Source of the DNA: Nitrospirota bacterium
GTDB taxonomy: Bacteria > Nitrospinota_A > UBA7883 > JAJRTC01
Direction of reading: 5' to 3'
DNA: 52,281 bases
NCBI GenBank assembly: GCA_024278445.1
Contig: JAJRTC010000216.1
Span: forward strand, 1-52,281
Shown here: one piece after another, positions 10,752 through 19,481 of the stretch
Layout of the letters: every line of letters begins with the position of its first letter
Position numbering within the stretch: position 1 is the first letter of the stretch
Program-made: the position numbers and the translations under genes
Notes under the pieces: model-generated
Told to the model about the DNA's origin: nothing
The model's input: only the letters and a program-made list of their open reading frames with translations
Databases searched by the model: none

Positions 10752-10767
10752 AGCAAAAGAGGTGCCA
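10752..10767 (-). promoter_or_regulatory. Sigma-54 (-24/-12) promoter upstream of glnB-glnA
   Basis: The minus strand reads TGGCACCTCTTTTGCT (TGGCAC-N5-TTGC), 87 nt upstream of the glnB ATG. Confidence 0.7.
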
Positions 10768-11032
10768 CCGCCTCAAAACAAATCACGCCAAAAATCAACA
10801 CATTGAAAATATTGCCGTTACTCAAACAAAGAGGTTAAACCAGGCACACCCCACTGCCTGTTTATTATGCAAAAAGGTGGCAACAGTATAAGTAAAACAG
10901 GAAAGATCACCTGAAAAGCACGGTTCAAAAAAAGCTCTCAGCTCGAAAACTAAAAATTCTACTGCGGTTTTATTCAGGCGGAGTTAGACTTAAACCCTAG
11001 ACAGCTTTTTTTTGCCGTACGAAAGGATCCAG

Positions 11033-13228
11033 ATGGGCCTCACAACCTCCAGAAATGAGATTGACCGGATATTACATGCCGACCACCACGACCCGTATAC
11101 CGTTCTTGGCATACACGAACAAAAAGGTGGCGTTGCGATACGGGTGTTTAACCCATACGCCGGAGAAATAGCGGTAATAGACATACACGACGCAAAAAAG
11201 CGTTACCAGATGGAAAAAGTTGACGAAGCAGGGTTTTTCGTAGTTTTTATTCCACGCCGGAAAATATTCGCTTACGACCTGCACACCGTTTCCTACCGGG
11301 GCGAGCATAGCCAGAACCGAGACCCATACAGCTTTTTGCCACTTTTAGGAGAGATGGACCTCTACCTTTTTAACGAGGGCAACCATTATGAAGCGCATAA
11401 AAAACTGGGCGCTCACATAATGGAGGTAGACGGCGTAACAGGAACCCGTTTTGCCGTATGGGCACCGAATGCGCGGCGCGTTTCCGTTGTTGGCGATTTC
11501 TGCCAGTGGGACGGCAGGCGATACCCACTCCGCTCTTTGGAAAGCTCCGGCGTGTGGGAAATTTTTATTCCGGGCGTTAAAAAAGAAACTATTTACAAGT
11601 TTGAATTAAAGGCGCAAAACGGTGACGTGTTCGACAAGGCCGATCCATACGGCTATGCAAGCGAGTTACGCCCCAAAACCGCAAGCGTCGTGTGGGACGT
11701 AGACGCATACGACTGGGACGACGCCGAGTGGATGGAAAAGAGAAAAAGCTCAAACCCTCTTGAAGAACCGATAAATATATACGAAGTCCACTTAGGCTCA
11801 TGGGCCAGAAGCCCGGACGGATCAAGCTGGCTCACATACCGGGAGCTTGCGCCGCATTTGGCTGAATACATCACAAGGCAAAACTATACGCATATAGAGC
11901 TTATGCCTATCTCGGAATTCCCGTACGACCCGTCGTGGGGTTATCAGGTAACCGGATATTTTTCGCCCACATCAAGATTTGGCAACCCGGACGATTTTAA
12001 ATATTTCGTCGATTTCATGCATAACCACGGTATAAGCGTGATTGTAGACTGGGTGCCGGCCCATTTTCCTAAAGACGCTTTCGGCCTGCGAAGGTTTGAT
12101 GGAACGGCGCTATACGAACATGAAGACTGGCGCAAGGGAGAGCATAAAGACTGGGGAACGCTTATATTCAACTTCGGAAGGCCGGAGGTTGCAAACTTTC
12201 TAATTTCTTCGGTTCTCTTTTGGCTTGAGTACTACCACTTGGACGGAATCCGCGTAGACGCCGTAGCCTCGATGCTGTATCTCGATTACTCCAAGGAGGC
12301 GGGCGAATGGGCGCCAAATGAATATGGCGGCAACGAGAATCTTGAGGCGATAGAATTTCTTAAAAAAATGAACATCGTCGTTCACGAAAAATTTCCCGGC
12401 ACCGTAACCTTTGCAGAAGAAAGCACCTCGTGGCCCGGCGTATCGAAACCTACATATTCAGGCGGGCTCGGGTTTACGATAAAATGGAACATGGGCTGGA
12501 TGAACGACATCCTCGAATACTTCCAAAAAGACCCGATGTTCAGAAAATATCATCACAACAACTTAACCTTCGCCATGCTTTACGCCTTCCACGAAAATTT
12601 CATATTAACGTTAAGCCACGACGAGGTAACCCACGGCAAAGGCTCGCTTTTAAACAAGATGCCGGGTGACGACTGGCAAAAGTTTGCCAATCTTCGTCTG
12701 CTTTTAGGATACATGACCGCGCATCCGGGCAAAAAACTTCTGTTTCAGGGGTGCGATATCGGGCAATGGAAAGAGTGGAACTACGACGCATCGGTAGATT
12801 GGGATCTTCTAAAATACCCTCCTCACGCACGCATGCAAAAATATATGGCCGACCTTGGGGCGGTTTACAGAAATGAAAAAAGCCTTTGGGAAGTCGATTT
12901 TTCACACGCAGGGTTTGAATGGGTCGATTTTCACGACTGGGAACGTTCTGTCGTCTCGTTTATCCGCAAGGCAAAAGACCCGGCAGATTACCTGCTGTTC
13001 GTGTTCAACTTCACACCAACGCCCAGGTGGAACTACCGCATAGGGGCACCGGAAGCTCTTTTTTATGAAGAGATATTAAACTCTGATTCAGAGATGTATT
13101 ACGGTTCAAACCTTGGCAACCAGGGCGGCATATTGGCCGAAAACTCACCCTGCCACGGAAGGCCCTACTCCTTGAATGCAACCTTGCCGCCACTCTCCAT
13201 AACGGCTTTCAAACCTGTAAGAAACTGA
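11033..13228 (+). CDS. glgB: 1,4-alpha-glucan branching enzyme (GH13)
   Basis: Branching-enzyme sequence with GIRVDAVASMLY, AEESTSWP and SHDEV motifs. The ORF track starts at 11012 (TTG); the ATG at 11033 has AAAGGA 6 nt upstream. Confidence 0.93.
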   Translation: MGLTTSRNEIDRILHADHHDPYTVLGIHEQKGGVAIRVFNPYAGEIAVIDIHDAKKRYQMEKVDEAGFFVVFIPRRKIFAYDLHTVSYRGEHSQNRDPYSFLPLLGEMDLYLFNEGNHYEAHKKLGAHIMEVDGVTGTRFAVWAPNARRVSVVGDFCQWDGRRYPLRSLESSGVWEIFIPGVKKETIYKFELKAQNGDVFDKADPYGYASELRPKTASVVWDVDAYDWDDAEWMEKRKSSNPLEEPINIYEVHLGSWARSPDGSSWLTYRELAPHLAEYITRQNYTHIELMPISEFPYDPSWGYQVTGYFSPTSRFGNPDDFKYFVDFMHNHGISVIVDWVPAHFPKDAFGLRRFDGTALYEHEDWRKGEHKDWGTLIFNFGRPEVANFLISSVLFWLEYYHLDGIRVDAVASMLYLDYSKEAGEWAPNEYGGNENLEAIEFLKKMNIVVHEKFPGTVTFAEESTSWPGVSKPTYSGGLGFTIKWNMGWMNDILEYFQKDPMFRKYHHNNLTFAMLYAFHENFILTLSHDEVTHGKGSLLNKMPGDDWQKFANLRLLLGYMTAHPGKKLLFQGCDIGQWKEWNYDASVDWDLLKYPPHARMQKYMADLGAVYRNEKSLWEVDFSHAGFEWVDFHDWERSVVSFIRKAKDPADYLLFVFNFTPTPRWNYRIGAPEALFYEEILNSDSEMYYGSNLGNQGGILAENSPCHGRPYSLNATLPPLSITAFKPVRN

Positions 13229-13331
13229 ACTTTAAAGCCTGCTGAATTATTCTTCCTGATGCTCTTGCAAATAGTGAGAAGAGAACCGATATTAAGATAT
13301 GAGTTGGTGTATCTACGCTATGGAGGAAGCG

Positions 13332-13541
13332 ATGCTAAACGTCATGGAAAAGGCCTCTGGCGAGAGGCGCAAAATAGATATCAAGGCTATTGCTGAAAAA
13401 ACCGGCATCATCCTGGATGACGGACAGCTGTGGGATGGCGTCGAGAGGAGAGAAGGACGGACTACCGCAGAAGAGAGGAAAGAGCCGAAGAAGTATGGCC
13501 AAGGAGACAAAAACAAAATTCCCGCCGATTTTTTCGGCTAG
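13332..13541 (+). CDS. Hypothetical small charged protein (69 aa from the SD-supported start)
   Basis: GGAGGA lies 4 nt before the ATG at 13332, in frame with the 80-aa track ORF 13299..13541. I recognise no family. Confidence 0.3.
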   Translation: MLNVMEKASGERRKIDIKAIAEKTGIILDDGQLWDGVERREGRTTAEERKEPKKYGQGDKNKIPADFFG

Positions 13542-13783
13542 CTTGGGAGAGTGGTTTCCGGGTCGTTGCAAGTTTTTTCAGGGTCGGAACGCAACGGGGG
13601 GGGGGTGCCGTCTTCTTTATCTTTTTTCACACACTTTTTGTCCGGAATAGCAAAAAAGCTCCTGCAAACGGCAAAGTAAGTCACCTTTTATTACAACAAT
13701 GTAGTTTTTTGCAAAAATAGCGCATTTTAATATCCCGGATTATGTTTTAAGCACCCCTCAAAACCTGTTCACTTTTTAATACG

Positions 13784-14044
13784 CTATTGTTCCAGTTCAT
13801 ACACAATTTCAAAGCACGGCTGTGCGACAAACCCACAACTCATGGAAAAACACGCACATACAGCCATAACCGCTACTGGCACAGCACTTGCAAACATCCA
13901 GAGTATAAACAACAGCCAAGGTAGACACAGAAAAATGAACAGGGATACCAGAGTGAAACCGATAGAGAGCGACCCGGACAGAGTATCGCTTATCCTCGTT
14001 TTATCGCCATTCATACTTGCTGTGGCTTTCAAGGTTCTTGTCAT
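13784..14044 (-). CDS. Hypothetical 86-aa protein with two hydrophobic helices (doubtful)
   Basis: Open frame with TM-like segments but no convincing SD. A perfect sigma-54 promoter and a competing small ORF lie on the opposite strand. Confidence 0.2.
   Translation of the reverse strand: MTRTLKATASMNGDKTRISDTLSGSLSIGFTLVSLFIFLCLPWLLFILWMFASAVPVAVMAVCACFSMSCGFVAQPCFEIVYELEQ
13877..13892 (+). promoter_or_regulatory. Perfect-consensus sigma-54 (-24/-12) promoter
   Basis: TGGCACAGCACTTGCA equals TGGCAC-N5-TTGCA. The predicted TSS is near 13903. It points toward the DUF4390/ntrY-like genes. Confidence 0.6.
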
Positions 14045-14104
14045 GGTGTCCGCTATAGCGGCACTCTGATTTATACAACACGGGTTTCCCCAAAGCCCCT
14101 CTCT

Positions 14105-14140
14105 TTTTCCACACGGTTAGCTCCCCTGCCGTGTGGAAAA
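14105..14140. other. 12-bp perfect inverted repeat / hairpin
   Basis: ttttccacacgg (14105-14116) pairs with ccgtgtggaaaa (14129-14140) around a 12-nt loop. There is no U-tract on either strand. A TATAAT lies at 14155-14160 just downstream. Confidence 0.6.
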
Positions 14141-14215
14141 AGCCCCCTCGTCCTTATAATCTTCGGTTTAGAGCTTTAAATCTGCTAGACTTTCGGTAAC
14201 CTGACCCAAAAAATT

Positions 14216-15028
14216 ATGCGCGTTTGGCGCTGTAACATGAATAATTTATATATTACGCTCAGTTCCGTGGATCTTTCTAGAAGAGCAGGCACACAGCTTC
14301 TTTTTGCAATAGTCACAGCCATGTCTCTCCTGTCATGGTCATCTGCTATCGCAGGAGAAGCCTTTGTCGTAGATGTGGTACGTGAAAAACCTTATAACCA
14401 TGTAATCGTATCGGCAAAAATAAAAGGCGCTTTCACACCCGAAATAATCGAAACCATCCAGAGCGGCGTACCGGTAACATTTACCTATTTTTTGCAATTA
14501 AAACGCCAGCGCTCTTTGCTATGGAATGAAACGGAACGAAGGATGTCCATAAAAAGAATGGTCAAGTTCGACACTCTCCGCAAAGAATATCTCACATGGG
14601 AAAAGCGGGCAGAAGATGAAAGTGATATAGATTTTTCTGCCGAACTTGCCTACATGGCCCACAAAAACGGTAAAGACAAAAAAAAGATAAATGCTAAAAA
14701 TGGAAATGAAAGCAGGGAACCGGCAAAAGAACCCAAAGCTATAAAAGATACCGAGCGGCTAAAAGAGTGGATGGCGCATTTAGGAGGAATCGACCTTGGA
14801 CCAACAGATGGGATGCAAGCTTTTACTCCATACTATTTCAGGGTAAAGTGCGAGATGAAGTCAATCAAGCTCATTCCCCCGTTCAACTACATCCTTTTCT
14901 TTGTCTCCCTGTGGGACTTCGACACGGACTGGAGCGCTTCGAGCCCCTTCACGATATACGACACATCCCTGCCGGAAACGGAAAAAGACCAAATGGAGAC
15001 CCGCTCGGTCGACACCACCGCAAGGTAA
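14216..15028 (+). CDS. DUF4390-like protein (tentative)
   Basis: 270 aa with an N-terminal hydrophobic or signal-like segment. GVPVTFTYFLQLKRQRSLLWNE...KFDTLRKEYLT resembles DUF4390. It sits immediately upstream of a sensor kinase, a context I recall for that family. Confidence 0.5.
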   Translation: MRVWRCNMNNLYITLSSVDLSRRAGTQLLFAIVTAMSLLSWSSAIAGEAFVVDVVREKPYNHVIVSAKIKGAFTPEIIETIQSGVPVTFTYFLQLKRQRSLLWNETERRMSIKRMVKFDTLRKEYLTWEKRAEDESDIDFSAELAYMAHKNGKDKKKINAKNGNESREPAKEPKAIKDTERLKEWMAHLGGIDLGPTDGMQAFTPYYFRVKCEMKSIKLIPPFNYILFFVSLWDFDTDWSASSPFTIYDTSLPETEKDQMETRSVDTTAR

Positions 15029-15034
15029 AAAGCC

Positions 15035-17365
15035 ATGAACTTAAAAGGTAAGTTGCGCCGCGCCGGAAGCCTGCTTAAATGGCTTGTCGTTCCAGGCGTC
15101 TACGACGACCTTGACCCAAACGACATTATGGTTCGCCGCAAAAGAAAAGCACGCGCCATCGTTATAGGGGTGATGATTCTGCTCGTGATAATGACCGTAA
15201 CGGTTATTATTTTTCAAAGCTCCGGCGTAGAAGCCCCGATACTCGACGACCTAGCCGTTGCCCTTGTATTAAATGTCGGCGTGATCCTGCTTATAGCGTT
15301 GGGGCTGCTTGTTGTGCGCAATTTGGTAAAGCTTTACATGGAGCGGCGCGGCAAAGTAGCCGGTGCCAAGTTCCAGACCAAGCTTGTAGTCTCTTTTCTG
15401 GCTATGACGCTTATCCCCACCCTTCTGCTTTTCGCCGTAGCGTCAGAACTTATAAGCGACACGGTAGATAATTGGCTTAACGCAAGAATCGACACAACGC
15501 TTAAGAACTCCCTGCAAGTAGCTGAAAGTCTTTATCTGGAATCGGAGGCGGAAACTAAGGCCAACGCGGTTTACCTTTCGGGGCTTATCGAAAGGCGCAG
15601 GCTTTTAAATCCAAACGCCAGTGAAAACCTGGATCGCCTTCTGCGCCGGAAGATAGAAGAATACAGCGTCGACCTGATTCAGGTTTACAGCAAGGATTTC
15701 GAACTGGCGGCAGAATCGACAAAAGAAGGAACAGAAGTCGCCTTCAGCCTTGACGACGAGCCCGACATATTGTCCAAAGTCGCACAAGGCGAAACGGTGA
15801 CAGACATACAGGATCAACCGGAAGCGAGCATCGTGGTATCCCTTGTGCCCATACCGGACGGGAAAAACAGCAACAAGGTCAAAGGCTCGGTGGTCGTTGT
15901 AAAAGAGATTTCAAAACGACTTATCGAAAAGGTTCATGCCATAACGGCCGCTTACGAAGACTATAAACAGTTAACCTTGCGCAAGGAGATCATCAAGGCC
16001 TCCTATCAGGTGACCTTGGCCCTTGTAGCGCTGGTGCTTGTTTTTTCCGCCATCTGGATAGGCTTCTATATGGCCAAAGGGATAACGGTTCCGCTAAAAA
16101 CCCTTTCAGAAGCCACAGAAGCCATCTCCAAGGGCGACCTGGGCGTTAAGATAAACCTTCCTGCAAGGAACGACGAGGTCGGCCAGCTTGTGAACGCGTT
16201 TAACAAGATGACGTCCGACCTTCGTAGCTCCAACGAGCAACTGGAGTTAGCCAACCGCGACCTTATGGAATCAAACATTGAACTTCATCACTGGGGGCAG
16301 TATATAGAAGCCGTGCTGGATAACGTGGCCGGCGGGGTAATTTCCATAGACAAAAGCGGAGCGGTGACAACTATAAACAACTCCGCCGCAAGAATGTTCG
16401 GGCTAAACGCACAGGAAGCGCGTGGCAAGAATTACCGCAAGCTGTTTGACGCGGCGCTTGTAGCCTCGATACGCAACATGGTGCGTGAAATAAGCCACTC
16501 TAAAAGTGGCACGGTGGAAAAGGATATAGACCTGAGCCTCGACGGCAAACGAAGGACACTAAAAATGAACCTCTCCATGTTGGAAGATCATGACGGACAA
16601 TACATGGGCACCGTTTTTGTTTTCGACGACTTAACCGATCTTCTGGCGGCGCAAAGAGCCATCACATGGCGCGAGATGGCGCGGGTTGTGGCACACGAAA
16701 TAAAAAATCCGCTCACCCCCATTCAACTGAACGTACAAAGAATGCGCAGAAAATATGAAAACAAGGCAGAAGACTTCCCGAAAGTCTTCGACGATGCTAC
16801 CAACACCATAATACAAGAAGTACACGAGCTAAAAAGGCTGGTTGAAAACTTCGCGAAAGCGGCAAGACTTGCGGATGGAGCTTCCACCAACACGACACTT
16901 AAAAACGTGAAGGTTCTGGAACTATCGCCTGAGCCTAACATGTTGCACGATGTGATTTACGAAGTTTTGAGGCTATATAAAAACGCCAGCCGAGGCATAA
17001 CGATAACCACCGACCTTGACCCGGCTGTTCAGCTTGTAAACATTGACGCAGAGCAGATACGGCGTGTGTTCATAAACCTTTTAGAAAACGCAATGGACGC
17101 TATAAGCGGTGATGGCTCCATAATGATAAGCACAAAAAGGGTGCCGGAGCGGAGCAAAGTAATAGTTGAGGTGGCAGACACGGGTCATGGTGTATCCATT
17201 GCCGTTAAAGAGAGCATGTTCACCCCCTATTTTTCGACCAAACCAAATGGCGCGGGGCTTGGGTTGGCTATAATAAACAGGGTGGTAGAAGACCACGGTG
17301 GCAGTGTGATGGTCTCTGAGAATGTTCCGCAAGGCGCGGTTTTCACAATCGAACTGCCAATCTAG
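15035..17365 (+). CDS. ntrY: NtrY-type sensor histidine kinase (TM-HAMP-PAS-HisKA-HATPase)
   Basis: 776 aa. N-terminal TM helices, H-box VAHEIKNPLTPIQL, N-box LLENAMDA, G1 VADTGHGV, G2 GAGLGLAI. Confidence 0.8.
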   Translation: MNLKGKLRRAGSLLKWLVVPGVYDDLDPNDIMVRRKRKARAIVIGVMILLVIMTVTVIIFQSSGVEAPILDDLAVALVLNVGVILLIALGLLVVRNLVKLYMERRGKVAGAKFQTKLVVSFLAMTLIPTLLLFAVASELISDTVDNWLNARIDTTLKNSLQVAESLYLESEAETKANAVYLSGLIERRRLLNPNASENLDRLLRRKIEEYSVDLIQVYSKDFELAAESTKEGTEVAFSLDDEPDILSKVAQGETVTDIQDQPEASIVVSLVPIPDGKNSNKVKGSVVVVKEISKRLIEKVHAITAAYEDYKQLTLRKEIIKASYQVTLALVALVLVFSAIWIGFYMAKGITVPLKTLSEATEAISKGDLGVKINLPARNDEVGQLVNAFNKMTSDLRSSNEQLELANRDLMESNIELHHWGQYIEAVLDNVAGGVISIDKSGAVTTINNSAARMFGLNAQEARGKNYRKLFDAALVASIRNMVREISHSKSGTVEKDIDLSLDGKRRTLKMNLSMLEDHDGQYMGTVFVFDDLTDLLAAQRAITWREMARVVAHEIKNPLTPIQLNVQRMRRKYENKAEDFPKVFDDATNTIIQEVHELKRLVENFAKAARLADGASTNTTLKNVKVLELSPEPNMLHDVIYEVLRLYKNASRGITITTDLDPAVQLVNIDAEQIRRVFINLLENAMDAISGDGSIMISTKRVPERSKVIVEVADTGHGVSIAVKESMFTPYFSTKPNGAGLGLAIINRVVEDHGGSVMVSENVPQGAVFTIELPI

Positions 17366-17427
17366 ATAAAGACGCCTTTGGGCGCTATTTTACAATATAG
17401 GTTGATGGGCAGACAACTAACTAAGAA

Positions 17428-18219
17428 CTATTCTTTTTTGCATACTACGATCAAGTCAGCGCTCTGGGACGGCCACATATTGCCTAACCAAGAAATAAAT
17501 TTTCGCCCCCAATTTTTTTTTATTAATAACATGTGCATTGGAAGTACAGGTGTGAAAAAACCTAAGCGTTGAATATCAATAATTTGAAACCCCGATTCTT
17601 TTATCATTTTTGTGAATGTATTTAATGTATAAAAGTTGCAGTGATCTGTGGTAAATAAAATATATGGCTGAAGAATATAGTTCCTGATGCGTGCCATTGC
17701 ACATCTCTCATTTGGTACACCAAGAATAATTATTCCATCATCCTTTAACATTCTTTTAAGTGAGGCCAGCGCGATGCTATCATCAGGAATGTGTTCCAGG
17801 ACATGATTACATAAAATTATTTCAAACGTAGAATCTTTAAAAGGTGCATTGATTATTGACGCGGTGGTGATTTTAGCCTGTACCTGCGATGCATGGGACC
17901 TCTCGATTCTTAATTGGTTATAGTCCAATGCGAAAATATCAATTGGTAAATTATTCCGTTTGGCAATCTCTGATATTCCAAGCAAGTTAATTCCATCACC
18001 ACATCCAGCGTCAAGCATGCGTATAGTCTCAACCTTCTCTTTTTTGCAGTTTACGAACCATAATATTATGGCTTTTTCAAAAACACCCCACCTCTGCTTT
18101 ATTTGTTCTCGTATGCCAAGGTTATCAAGCTGAGCTTTTATTTGGTCGGTAACATACCAACTATTGCCATCCTGAATGCGCTTTGTAATTTCGGATGCAG
18201 AATCTTTATGGTTAGTCAT
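17428..18219 (-). CDS. Class I SAM-dependent methyltransferase
   Basis: 263 aa. Motif I is MLDAGCGDGINL, followed by a post-I acidic residue and LCNHVLEHIPDD. Confidence 0.8.
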   Translation of the reverse strand: MTNHKDSASEITKRIQDGNSWYVTDQIKAQLDNLGIREQIKQRWGVFEKAIILWFVNCKKEKVETIRMLDAGCGDGINLLGISEIAKRNNLPIDIFALDYNQLRIERSHASQVQAKITTASIINAPFKDSTFEIILCNHVLEHIPDDSIALASLKRMLKDDGIIILGVPNERCAMARIRNYILQPYILFTTDHCNFYTLNTFTKMIKESGFQIIDIQRLGFFTPVLPMHMLLIKKNWGRKFISWLGNMWPSQSADLIVVCKKE

Positions 18220-18340
18220 AGAGACCCTAGGCGTTATGTTTATTATAAGTCGGGGACATTAAAAGTAACTCTTCATAACATTTTTGTTTTACTCTCGATG
18301 TTTTTTTGATCCCATGGTTATTTTCAGCTAATAATTTAGC

Positions 18341-19450
18341 TTACCTGCCCATTTTATCTGCTTCATAGGGGTTATCAAGAAGATAACTTGTTGCCTTCTC
18401 AAGCTCAGCTATATCATTTTCCCGCACAAGGAACCCTGTTCGCTGTGTTATAGCCAATTCATGATGCCACTCTACATCATAAGAAATTACCGGACGTTGT
18501 GCCGCACATGCTTCAATAAGACTATATCCACCCATAAGACATAATGACAGATATGATGCTTTACGCAAATCCACAACTGTCTCATATGGTAGGAAACCGA
18601 CCAACTTAATGATATTTGCCAATGACGGATTAGTATTAATTTCTCGTGCAAGATTTTTCTCTTCAGAGCCGCCACCAGCCATTACGATTATACAGTCATC
18701 ACGCCTACTGGCAAGTTTTGCGGCAAGCTTTAGAACATCGTCAACATAATTTTCTCTAACAAGACGTCCGACAAAACTGATTATTTTCTTCTCTTCACTA
18801 ATGCCCAATAGACGATAAATATCCTTAGTAGGTGGCCCAGAAAACAAGGACAAATCAACACCATGAGGGATATAGTGAATTTTGTTGGCTTTAGCGCCAT
18901 ACTTAACAGCCCAGTCTCCAAGAGATACCCTTATTGGCATTACAAGGTTGGCGTTTGAAAGAGACATACGAGCAAGAAAACGTCCTAAGCGCTGTGAACC
19001 ATACACAGTGGTAGCCATGCCTGACTTTTGCAGTTTATCTCTTTTATCGTAGTCTGCATGTATTGATACGCAATAAGGTATCCTGGTTGCCAGGCTAACA
19101 ATTAAGGCAATAAATCCACTCCAAAATGGATCGGTAGCGCGAATAATATTTATTTTTTTATTCTTCACAAGGCACACAACATTATAAATAACTCTAACTA
19201 ACTGAAATGGTGCCTGCAAATACAGCATCCATCGGTACTTTTTAGCTTCAGGAAGCATATCTAAGCCATAGTCATATACTGCATGAACATCATTTAGTTT
19301 TATAGTGCGAGTTGTGAGCGATGCTGGATGGACGCTTATTACCTTTTCAAAGAATCCACCCTCATCACGCTCCATTATTTTTGATGCGACACCCTTTTCT
19401 TCCAACCAAGAGTAGTCGGCGAATGCTAAAAATAATATTCGAGGTTTCAT
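18341..19450 (-). CDS. GT4-family (GT-B) glycosyltransferase, apparently truncated by an in-frame TAA
   Basis: 369 aa with a GT-B C-terminal domain (FVGRLVRENY..., GGYSLIEACAAQRPVISYD). The frame stays open for 37 more codons after the TAA at 18341-18343, down to the TAG at 18227-18229. Confidence 0.8.
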   Translation of the reverse strand: MKPRILFLAFADYSWLEEKGVASKIMERDEGGFFEKVISVHPASLTTRTIKLNDVHAVYDYGLDMLPEAKKYRWMLYLQAPFQLVRVIYNVVCLVKNKKINIIRATDPFWSGFIALIVSLATRIPYCVSIHADYDKRDKLQKSGMATTVYGSQRLGRFLARMSLSNANLVMPIRVSLGDWAVKYGAKANKIHYIPHGVDLSLFSGPPTKDIYRLLGISEEKKIISFVGRLVRENYVDDVLKLAAKLASRRDDCIIVMAGGGSEEKNLAREINTNPSLANIIKLVGFLPYETVVDLRKASYLSLCLMGGYSLIEACAAQRPVISYDVEWHHELAITQRTGFLVRENDIAELEKATSYLLDNPYEADKMGR

Positions 19451-19481
19451 ATGGGTAAGCGTGGCCTCTTAAATGAGGCTG

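Noticed and set aside
10842-10858. Second sigma-54-like motif AGGCACACCCCACTGCC (+ strand) ahead of glgB.
   Set aside because: The GG-to-GC spacing is one nt too long and the -12 region lacks TTGC.
13466-13486. GAGGAAAG string suggesting an RNase P RNA or another housekeeping ncRNA in the gene-poor region.
   Set aside because: The sequence continues AGCCG instead of the conserved GUCCGGGC, and no other RNase P, tmRNA, SRP or 6S hallmarks were seen.
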